A stretch of DNA of 64,000 nucleotides from Tubiluchus corallicola. Lineage: Eukaryota > Animalia > Priapulida. The notes under the pieces are model-generated. The model saw only the letters and a list, made by a program, of their open reading frames with translations, was not told the DNA's origin and made no database searches. A program made the translations under genes and the position numbers. The stretch covers positions 62,001 through 126,000 of the forward strand of contig JAQGDQ010000097.1 in the NCBI GenBank assembly GCA_030141605.1, read 5' to 3'. Positions 1 through 11,500 of this stretch are shown here, piece after piece (within the stretch, counting starts at the first letter, position 1; every line of letters begins with the position of its first letter).

Positions 1-1750
1 ATAACATTAATTTAACTCCTATTGAGCAAACTCTCACTTTCAGCTCACTTCCTATTGCATCCTATCTTGATCTCTTCATTCTTCAGTGGCTCACATAATA
101 CTGAAATCCTTTTATTCGCAACATGTTTGTTCTCATAATTATACTGTGTTTTCTCTGCATTAGGTTTAGTGCTAATATTTTGGTTTTTTCATTTTCTAAA
201 CAGTTTTCAATTATCTGTTTAATTATAATTTCTTGTCATATTCCCACAATATCATTGATAGATAATAACGTATAACACTTGTATATTTCTGCCCATTACA
301 GTCCCTGTTGTCACCCTTTCATTATACATTATGCACCTCCTTCCTCCTCCTCACAGTAACTCGTTTAGTTTACAATTTTTTTCAATGTAATAACAATTTG
401 TATGTATGTTTATCTGTTGCTGTGGAATAAATTCATAATTCATTCATAAAATTTATTTATTCGATTTATTGCAACACAAAAATGGCCCTAACATTGTTCT
501 TTACCGGACTATTTCATTTATTTCTGTGGTCTGTTTTACCTAATGGTGTTTCTATGACGATTTCTGAAATTTCGCTTGGTTTATGTAGATGATTAATATT
601 TCTCTGCTGACATATGAAAATACTCCACAGTTCTGTCAAAGCATCCTTCTACCGCAAACTATCTAAACACTTTTCTATGTCACAAAAAATTATGTATACT
701 TTATCTTTACAATACCTATTACACTCTAACATTGCCCTCAATGTATATAGATGGTCAGAGACCTCTCAATTTTTTCTTCTGCCACATTGATGAACTCCTA
801 CATTTTCTTAAAATTTGAATATTATTCTATTTTTAATCACTTTCTTAATCAATTAGTTTACTGAATATATGTGTTATAAACAGCAACAGTCTATTTTTCA
901 TCTCCTTTTTGTCACCATTTCCTTTATAGATTGGCTTAATTTTCATTTGGGCGCATTGTTTCGGTATTTCCTTTTGTTTCATTATGTCACTCATCACTGC
1001 CATGACACTATCGATAAAATCTGTTTGCAGCTTCTTCGTTTTCCAGCCCGGCATATCTGGAGCTGTTTTTCAACGGTCGAATTACTTCCTTTATTTCGAT
1101 CACTACTAGTAATTTCTTCTATTTCCTGCTCACTTACCATCTGTTTAACATGTTTGAAAACTTTTTCTTCCCTTGGCGCTATCACTTACTCGTCTTAATC
1201 CTCTGGCATCATTGGAGTTAACAGTTCTTCGTAACATTTTTTAAAAATCGTCTTAATTTTTTTGGAACCCTCTTGGATCACTACTTGTCTATCTCGCATT
1301 GCAATGGCTTCTTCTATTTTGGGCTTATCAAAGCACCTTTTAAATACTCAAAACGGTCTATTGATTCACTTCTCAATTTTTGCAGCAGTTGCTTTTACAG
1401 TTTTATTTTATTTGCTCCTTCCTTTGAATCTTTGTCATATTTTTTATTAGTTTTATTTTTGCTTTGATTAATAAAAATTATTTTTCTTCCACCTTTTTTC
1501 ATCGGCCATTCTTATTTTAACTTGTGATTTTCTTTGTCTAGCTTCCTTGACAGTTTACTTCCATGTTTTTGTTTCTTTTTGCCTTTTACTGGTAGATACC
1601 TGTTTCTTACTGTAAAAGCTTCATTAATCCATGCATCGTACTTGCTTTGAATTGGTGTTAGTGTTCGAAACTTTGTTAACTCTTTGATCATCAGTTTCAT
1701 TTTTACATCTATTCATTTTACTTTCATTAGATACTACTAGCTTTTTTATC
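1..1750 (-). mobile_element. Decayed non-LTR retrotransposon ORF2 (RT domain), possibly RTE/RTE-X-like
   Basis: Minus-strand fragments read as RT motifs broken by stops and frameshifts: IKPIYKGNGDKKEMKN..LFITHIFSKL (845-1054), DHLYTLRAMLE..YIIFCDIEKCLDSL (~660-760), VR*RTMLGPFLCC (~470-510, QG motif). Clade assignment is inference. Confidence 0.8.
335..450 (+). mobile_element. 5'-truncated 3' tail of a CR1/L2/Crack-type LINE, nested in the older element
   Basis: Closely matches 56240-56350 (cctcacagtaactcg...gttgctgtggaataaattcataattca), including the (ATTCATA)-type tail. Confidence 0.8.
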
Positions 1751-1799
1751 TCATCACTTTCATCTGTTTTCATTTTGCTAATCTCAACCCGATGTACAT

Positions 1800-3020
1800 T
1801 TAGCGGTGAATCAGAAAGCGAATTTGAGTCGAATCAAATTCTTGACTTTTTAACTCGAATAAAACCAAATATCAAGATTTTGAATCTGAATCGATTTTGA
1901 ATTCACTTTTAAAGATTTTCGAACTCATAAATAATGAGTTCTCACAAAGCTAATGCATATTGTTTGATTGTGTTTTCCAGTAAATACGCATATAGCCATC
2001 GAGTTGAATTTTAATTAAAACAAAATTTTCTTTGTATCGAATTCGAACGAACGATGATCATCCATAGTGTATATTTAACCAATAAAAATCCACAATTATT
2101 GTTAATACTATTAGTAGTACTATTGCCCTGTGGTTTATTGTTACTAAAATATCGATCTGCTATATTTTAGTCAGACTGGGTGTTCTTAATATGAAACATG
2201 AAAATCGGATTGCGCTCTTTTGCCCTGGAAACTCGTGGAGTGTAATTTTAAATGCCTCGTCCATTCAAAATGCGTGATGTGTCTCATGGCAGGAACAAAT
2301 TACTGTAGCTTTGCGTTGAACAGATTGAACTTTCTTAGTTGCCTTGTATTTGAGTTGCATGATTACATAATAATTATGGCATTTTTAATTTTTCGTAATT
2401 GAGAATAGTAAGGACAAGAATAAGTTTTTTTACCAAACAGAACATCATAATATCTATAAGCTCAAGGTCATCAAATGTGCTAATTATCATCAAGTGATCA
2501 AGTTGGCCTTTTGACGATAGTTGTCTGCCTTTTGGTAGAAGATTAAGGTTCTGTGGTAGCGCGAAACTAGAGCATGTTGGAAACTTTTCACATTTAAGAG
2601 TCATGGCAAAGCCGTGAGGACACCAGTTGCAACCGTGCAAGAAAACAGCAAATCTGGATTTAAGAAAATACTTCCTTAGCCATAGGACAATATATCTGTG
2701 GAATGAATTATCTTGAAAGGCCAGTGGAGGCATTTACAGTATATTTTAAAGGGGACGTCCAAACTTATGTAAAATGCTATTGAAGAACAGAATTTAGACT
2801 AGATTCACTTGAAACAAGTCTACAAACACTGAGTTTCTTCTACACCATGAAATTAGTTATCCTTAGCTACTCCCAGCAGCATGTCTACAGCCTACTGGCT
2901 GACATCCTCTACCAGAAAGAAATTCGAATTGAGTCGAATTTGTCACTTTCGAAATCGAATCAAATTGAATTTCAAGATTTCGAATCCGAATCAAATTCGA
3001 ATTAAATTGTCAATATATTC
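1800..3020. mobile_element. Probable non-autonomous DNA transposon remnant (hAT-like) with subterminal TCGAAT arrays
   Basis: Dense TCGAAT/GAATC repeat blocks at 1805-1925 and 2920-3020 share the phrase caagattt(t/c)gaatc(t/c)gaatc. Termini and TSD not resolved. Confidence 0.45.
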
Positions 3021-3021
3021 G

Positions 3022-4030
3022 ACTAAAACATAACCTACACAGGTTAGCCTACACTACATGCGCCATTTCTCAGTCAATTTCTCAGGAACTTAAGAAATTC
3101 TGTTAAACGCATAAAAAATTGGCTGACAGAATTGTAAAATATTACTAACAGACTGCCTGATTAATTTTATTAAACATTCTTGTTGGATATTTCTGCACAT
3201 CCTGCAAAATGCAGTTCGAGATGCTATTGTAGCCAAACGTTGTAGTGATAAAAATAGTGAACACGTCTGTGGATTGCAGAAGAAAAATGATAGCATTTTC
3301 TTAACAACTAAGTTAACAAATATCTGACTTTGCTATAATTTAAATGCCGATGGCAGATTTACTCTAGAATTAATATCACAGATGCAGGAACGGCAGTTAC
3401 TAAGCACTGCAGCTTACTCGCACATCTTGCATCTATATATTAATTTCGTTAAATATATAATATATATATAAGATTCAAGAACAAGTGACTTTAGAATACT
3501 TTCGAATAGAATAATAGGATACTTTCGAATAATTAGAATAATGTTCGTTACAGTGATTATAATATGCAAGGGTCACAAAAGGTAGAATTGTTAAGCGAAT
3601 GTATTATATAACTCAGATTGGGGGCTCCTACAGATGAGACTACCAAAGTTAAAGTCGTGACAAATGCAGCAATAATTGTGTAGCTGCTGAGATGAGTTAA
3701 GAACGCGTCGTTGTGAAAAACAGAAATAACAGCACTCATGAACTTAATTTCGTTCGGCGGAGAGATACATGGCATTTACGGAGGTTTACTTGTGCTAAGT
3801 GTTTGTAAAATACAAAAGATTGGATTTTCGCGATTTTTGTGAAAATTTTTAAGTCACTAAAATGGTTAACTGGCCTTTCAAAGTATTCTAAAGTCACTTG
3901 TTCTTGAATCGGTTAGTAATATTTTATAATTCTGTCTGCTAATTTTTTGATGCGTTTAACAGAATTTCTGAAATTCCTGAGAAATGGCGTATGTAGGGTA
4001 GGCCAACTTTCGTGTAGGTGATATTTTGGT
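3022..4030. mobile_element. MITE/foldback element with long inverted arms
   Basis: 3022-3153 is the reverse complement of ~3911-4030; 3473-3501 (gattcaagaacaagtgactttagaatact) is the reverse complement of ~3882-3910. Confidence 0.75.
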
Positions 4031-5503
4031 ACTAAGGTACAAGTGCTAAATTAGGGCTAAATTATAGTTAGCTAAATAAATTTACTCTGTTGCCGTTGTA
4101 ATTTGGACCTGGCAGCGCGAGTAAACATTTTTCGGTAAAAATACCTTTTTGCAAAATTAAACTTCATCTGAACTGTTCAGAGTTACGGCACATCTTTAAA
4201 AGACGATTTTACAAAATTGTTTTACAGCTTAGTCGCGGGCTCGCGCATCAAACAAACTATTTTAAATAGGCAAAACTGCAACAGAGAGTGGACGAAATAC
4301 AAATATGTTTTGCTAAATTGTAACTGGTTAGTAACTCAATATTTTTTACGAAAAAAATTAACAATGAGGTTGGTTTTTGCACAATAAAAGCTCTTTTATA
4401 TTCATTGCCTTTTGATATATCCATGCAATATGTATAGCATCTAGATGTATATGTATATTGTCTACAAAACAGCTGTCGTTCGTTTTGGAAATTTTATTTA
4501 AATGACGTAAAAGAAGAATTTACTGCTAAGTACATGCTAAGAAAAAGCATAGCACTTATTAGTAGGTGTATTGTACCCAAACTATTAAACTTTGTGTATG
4601 ATAATCTACACATAGGAAATATGGGAACAGTCATATTTTTGCTATTAATACATTTTGGTTAGAATTACATGTGTGAAATACGTGCTGTATTTTTATCAGT
4701 ATTGAAAAATACTCTTAACTTGGAAGAATATCTGAACTTTGTCATTATTTTATCCTTACCTTTTAAAATTGTCAAACTCTGTTCCGTTCTCAAATTTTTG
4801 CACATTATGCAATGAGCTTGTACAGTTTGCTTAGTGTACTTAGCCATTTCATTGCTCTTAATTTTACTTTCTGTATCCCTAGTTACTTACTTTATGTAAT
4901 CTTGTTTAGGGTATTTTGTATGGCTCACCGATGACTATATCCAATTCAACTAAGTAATAGAGAAATTAAGTTGCAAATGAATTGGTCATATGACTAACGT
5001 AGTGTTAGAATTAAAACTATGACCAGGTTTTAAGTGGAATTAAAAAATGAGATTCCGTGCACGATAATGATATTTATTAGTTATTTCTCACATTTCGAAT
5101 TAAAGCGTGCAAAGTAAAATTTATTAAGCTCCTAACAGCTTGGTCACACTAGAAGAAATGCCCGGAGGCTGTGAAATAAATCCTGTTTTGTGAATAACAA
5201 TGTTGTGTTTGAGTTCTGTTTATGATAAATTTTATTGGCGATGAGTCATAAATTAAATTGAATCATAAAAACTTTAACGTAGAGCAATTATTTTTCTTTA
5301 AATGTAATTTCAAACTTCTTGCTGTAAATTACGGGTAGTTAGCTTAGACACTTAATCTGATTTTTTTACATTTCTTTGCACTTTTATGGTTTTAATAGTA
5401 CAATTGCATATTGTTATATTGTGCATTTTGTACACATTAGTATGAAATTACAATCTTTTTTAACTGTTAGATTGCTTTTAAGGTTTTGGACCAAAAACTG
5501 ATA

Positions 5504-5557
5504 ATGATGGATCATGGACAAGATAAAGAGCTCGATGATTTGTTAGATTTTAGTGCA
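5504..5557 (+). CDS. TCF12: E-protein exon 1 ([18 protein letters not shown]; AD1/PCET)
   Basis: ATG at 5504, donor gtaagt at 5558, matches vertebrate DKELSDLLDFSA. Confidence 0.9.
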
Positions 5558-8500
5558 GTAAGTACATTTTTTGTTTACTTAATATAGCCTTCAAACAGTA
5601 TATATATATTATGGTGCTGTTGAACATTATTAATAGCATTCTGTTCTTGCATAATTTGTTTCATTTTGCGTAAAGCATAGTCTTCTTTGTGGGTTATTAT
5701 AATTTCAACTGAAAAAACTTGAATGAAAGGATTTTTAGTTAGATTGTTTAATCATGCACAGTCCACTGTCTTATAAAGTTTTGAAATTGATATCAAAATT
5801 GGAAGAAAAAATAAACTGGCCACTATTTTTAATATGTTTAGGTATATGGAGCCTTTGTATAAACTATGCTATATGAAGTATGGGTAAAGGGCAGCATTAT
5901 TAGGTTGCATTTGTCTTTCTAATTTTTTTACAATGATTCTATTTTTGTTCAGTTTCAAATTCGTGTAATAGGTTATTTGGCATCAGATGTTAGTTAGCCT
6001 TGTTATTATACATTTTTCGTGCTGTGCATTTGCTTTGTTCTTGCTCGTCTACAGATATTTAGCAATTGCTTTGCGTGGCAGCTTATCTTTTCTTATTGTT
6101 TAGGCAGCAGTTTTTATGTTTTGTTCACTTAGTTACATTTATGCACTCTCTGTTTTCTGCACTTGTGCTTTGCGTGTAGAGAATCAATTCCGAAGATTTG
6201 ACGTTAAATTGTTTCAGTGGCAAAAGACTGCTGCACGGTTTACCAAGGATCAGCCTTCGGAACGTGATGGAAATCAGGCTGTTCTGCCTCCGTATCAGGT
6301 GAATCTAGACTGTAGTTAAGCGTGCACCTAATCAGTAATATTTCCACTAAACCTAAAACGACTGGGAAATTAATTATTGTTAGCATTTTTGGAAACTTGT
6401 AAGCTTGAAAAGTGAACTTTGTTTAGACAAATTATTGGCTTAGCTTCTAAATTAGCATTTAGATGAAAATTAAATAAAATATAGCAAGCAAAACGAAGTA
6501 TGAAACTTAATATGACTAAATCTGTGCTTCTCTTCTGCCAAGCTATGTTTCTTTGTGCATAGTGAGATCTTTCTTTTGAGATTTTTACGTGAAACTTTTG
6601 TGCCAAACATTAAAAGCTCTTAATCTTGAATATCTTGGCTGAAAGGCTGAGTATGAGACCATTTTGACTTCTTAATTGTTCTGAGCCTGTGCTAGACTGC
6701 TCGTCACATTTTATTTCACTTATAATGCTGAGCCAGGTACAGTGCTTGTTATGCATTGCTTCTGAAATCATTGTTTTGTGTCAGTGCAAACGTCTGCATG
6801 TCATTGGATGTGTTTTGTTGCTTTTAATTCAGCACAAAGTTCTACTGTATACTGTGTAGCTTGACATTCTGTTTGAAAAAAAACTTTGAAATATAGTAAC
6901 ACATTTTCAAGTTTTAAATTTCTGTGCTGGGCTATTTTTAAAAATACTAATTCTGTGTTCTTCAGAAAGAAATTTGGATAATTTTCACAGAGTAGATTAT
7001 CACAGTATGACCAATTGTAGTTGAAAGTATTAAGATTTACATTTCGTATGCAACAAGCCTGAGTTATGTGGTTGCAAAATGCCTGTTTATATTCCCGGTT
7101 TTCTGCAGTAGGTTGTTTATACTGAAAGTATTGTTTGTTTTTACTGCAGATGTTCTCTCCTCCAGTCGGGAAGCCGGGTGGAGTTGGAGTTGAAGCCGAC
7201 ATTTATTCCGGTCAGCCTTATAATAAAGGTGAGATTTAGCCATTGATTTTCGTTAGTTGTTTTTCTAACGATAATTACTTGAGAAGATTAGGTCACACAA
7301 AATCGTTTTTTTATTCTGACTGATTTGTTGGCCGGTAAAATAATTGGCTAACATTCGTTATTGAGAGTATGAGCATAGTGGATCTAAACATTGGCTAGCC
7401 TTATTTATTTGGTTATTAATAACAATTTCATAAAAATGTACTTAGTAACGATGACACAATGATATCAGAAATCTAAATGGAATTAACAATAATAATTGTT
7501 TCTACTGTTTAGTGGTGCTTTAATATTATTTTTATTAAATCACAGTTCATAATTTGTTCAGTAATTAACAGTTTTTATCAATTACAATTTCCAACAGCAC
7601 AAACATTGGAACAATTAGTGTTTGCGAAAGCGAAGTTGAAGTACAGTTGAAGTTGAAGTATACAAAAACTCTGCAAATTTTAAGTTTAAAATGCGAATTT
7701 ACAACTGTGCTCACACAGGAGCTCTTGAACGTGTGCACTATGTCACAACCAAACACCTCTGAACTGAGAAGTACGGCACCTGTTTTTTGTGCTATGCATT
7801 TTCGAAATGTAGGTGCTAGTGCGAATGGCAAAATGCCTGTAATAGCAATAAACTAGCTGTGCGAATTTGAAATTGCTTGTGTGCTATAATAAGTGTAGTC
7901 GTTCTTGAAACTATGTTCCCTCTCAATATTTTATAGAGTAGGTTGTTTTGACCTACAGCTGAAGATTGGATCCGGTTTTCCTTTAATGTTATTTGTAATG
8001 GTGAGCTTGTCATTGGTTGCACTTCGTTTTGAAAATATATAAATTATGAAAGATATGGATATTATAAATTATGGATACTTTGAGTTTCTTCCTTCACTCA
8101 GTCATTTTCATAGCACACAACAACAACAATATGGCTTGCTAATTCTGACTCCTTCCCCTCCCCCCCCCCTCCCACCCCATTCATGTAAGCCCACTGTTGT
8201 TCAGCACAGGTAGAGATTTGTGTTATGGTTGCATCCATTTTTTCATCAATTTTGTTGTATAAAAGCAACCAATTTCAATGTACATGTTTTACACATGTAC
8301 TTAGAAATAATCTATAAATATAATATGTACTGTATCACTAATATGTATGTGTTTGACTCGGGGTAACTGTTGTGTTGCTTTGACATTTTTTAGGTTTAGC
8401 GGAATCAGAAGTTTGGAGTGTAAATAATTCAGGTGGTGCATACAATGATTCTAGAGTAAGTTTGAATTTTTTTTATTTTGTTTCATTTAGTTGATGAGGA

Positions 8501-11500
8501 ATTCTCTTAACCAGTGCTGTGTTTTGTCACTTACTAGTTTAAAGCATAATGTTAAAGCAGCAACCAGTTAGACCAATTAAGTTGTGTTGATGTGCTGCAT
8601 AACTAATTAACTTCATAATAATCCTTATTTGCAATGCTATTTTTGCACGTTTATTTGTATTTTTTGTTGTTTTTTTAGTTGTTACTTTAATTTAGTAAAG
8701 CTTAAAGTAAATTTGCTACACTTGTATGTATTTCAGGTTCCAGTATATGAGAATCAAACTTACGACACTCTTAGTCCATTTATTACGACGAATTTTCTTC
8801 CTGGGGATACAGGTAATACAAATTGTTTTATCTAACTTGTGAATTATGCACTATTTACCAGATTTGTGAGTTTCAGGTAATATTAATTCTTTCACCTGTG
8901 TAGTATGAGGTCTACATACTATTCATTCTTTTATATGAGTTTTTACTTGCTTGCTACTTTTGGCACTTTGTTTCTATATTTACTCTATTGTTTCACTTAC
9001 AAATGATTAAATAAAAAACAATTGTGATTTATGTGATATAATGACTATACATTTCTCAGTTTTTGTGACCAATTTCTGCAGTAGGTTCTTGCTTGTTATG
9101 ACAAGTTTTTATATGACAGGAAAATCAAAGGAGATTCCACCATACCCTGGCCCTCCCTATGCACCAAGAAGCAACGGAATACCAAATCAGGTAAGAAATT
9201 TGTGTTGCAAGTCCCACATTTGAAAGATAAGGAAAAAAGAAAGAACAGTTTTCCTTATTTTTTAATTGTGTGTATTTTTTATTTATTGTCAGTATTCTTG
9301 TCATTTAGAATCAGTCTGTGTTATTACCTTCTTATAGTGGTTTAGTTATTGATACAAGAGCTTATTTTTTAAAAGTAAGCCTAGGTGCCTACATTTATTG
9401 TTATTATATAGCTGAAGTTAAATGCCGCTGTTAGAAGTTGTTTAGAGCTTATTTCCAAAACAAACTCATACGGTACTTGCAGTTGGTGTTAAGCAATAAC
9501 TGCTACTGATATTATGGTTGTTGTCTTGCAGTTGATGTCTTCTGCACTATTGATTTCCCATAACATGCATCTTAAACTAGACTCTGCTTTGGAGTTAGAA
9601 GTGCCTCCTATTGTTCAGTATTGTAAAACTACATTAAGATGCAAGATAAAATTAGTAATATAATTTTTGTAATATCTGGTACCATCAGGAACCTACTATT
9701 TCCAAGAGTAATGTTACTGATTGTTTTTACTTTAATGCTGTTTTACAAGCAATCATTAATAATTTAAATAGAGTAAATGCCTTCTTTTAGTTTGTGGTAG
9801 CAATTATAATACCTGAAAGGTGTTTCTTTTAAGTTTCGGATAGACATAGAGTACAACAGCTGTGTCTATGGCTTTACTAAGTTTCTTGCATATTGGTGAT
9901 TTGTTCGTATTTTCGGATCTGTTAATACATAGCTTGAAAAGTGTAAGATATAGTTAAGCATAACATGGGACTAATGATCAGCGTGGTCAATAACTCTCTC
10001 GTGGGAGCATAGTCTGCTTTGTACGATTAAGACAAGTAAGCGAGTTGGTATTCCCTTAAGCGTCATTATGGGGTTGAATCTGCAGCACTAATCTCTCCAT
10101 GACACTGATTATCAATCAAGTGCAGATTCATTGTACGGTCACAGGTGTCTTCAAGTGAGACATTAGTACAGAACTATGTACTTCGGCTGTTTTTAATCTC
10201 CACTCGGAATTTCATGTAAGGAGTTGTGGAAGACAGAAAATCATTAGTATGTTGACGATGTGCGAGAGCTTCATACTTATTGGATATCTGCATGCACATA
10301 TCCACGTGTATATTTTCCCATATGTGGACAACAGAATTTTTAATTCATGTAGAAGACATACGGGTTTAGTCTATTTATTCTACATTTTATGACAAATTTG
10401 TAAACTTTACAAATATTTAATTTTGTTTTTGTTAATATTTGATATAGCAAACGTTTTTAAGACAGTCTGTTTCAACTTTTGTTTGTCTAGTTAGTTTTTT
10501 CTTCACTTTATAATAAAATTGTTCAGGACATCAGTTTGACTTAGATTCTGGTGTAGCCTAGGCTTTTGCAGCTCATGTTATCAGATCTTTCAGAAGTCAA
10601 CAGAATTTTTCACTTTATTCCCCTTTCATTGTCGGATTAATTTTGTTTTTTTCTATTTTCTACTTAATAATTAGATTTTTACATTCATGTTTAGTTCAAA
10701 AGTAGCTTAGTAAACCTGTAAATTATTTGTAATAACTTGAAAAAAAGAAATTGTATCCTGCTGTTTGCGACTAATGGCTGAAATTATCAAACAATACGTG
10801 AAAATTGTTTAGTGACTGTCTCTCTGATCAACAGAAAATTACTGTGATATGCAGTAAAATTGTGTGTCTGGGAGTGTAGACTGCTTTTTTATTTTTATTC
10901 TTTTGAATTTGAGGTTGATTCAGCTTAGCAGATGGTGTATTTTATGTTATGTTATACTTTACTTTTGAATAGCTTGGAAAATAGGCAAATAAATTTTGTC
11001 ATTCAATATTAAGTGAATTATTAAATAGTCATCGTTTCTTTTAAAAACTATTGTGTTATAGCAGAAATAATTTTTTTGGCCATCAGTTTTTTTGGTCCAT
11101 GCACTGAAATTTGGGAAATCATTCAGACAAGATCCATTTTATACTATGCACTTTCCCCCTTAGCAAAAGCTGCAGTGGCAATTAGTAAAAAAATGGTAGT
11201 GATTCATATTCCTGCTATGTCGCATCTATTACCATTTTTACTGCAGGTTGAGAAACTTAAATTTTTACTCGAAATGTGGTTTAAATTTTCAGGTGGGTGT
11301 TGGCAGTGAAGGTATGATTTCACCTGATCTGAGGAAGCCTGTTTCTCCGTATTTTGGCAGTTCTTATGCTAGTGAAACGCGAAGGAGGCGGCTAGAGCCC
11401 GCACCTGATGGTAGGTTGTTCTTCTATAAGTATTTACTTGTGTACGAATGTTGTACTTGTGTTCTGTATAACGAGTAAAGCACAGAACAGAAAACCAGGA

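Noticed and set aside
869-1467. Several plus-strand ORFs
   Set aside because: Antisense shadows of the decayed minus-strand LINE.
10075-10130. 10-bp inverted repeat tgaatctgca/tgcagattca as a pre-miRNA
   Set aside because: Stem too short and loop too large for a Drosha hairpin; expected by chance.
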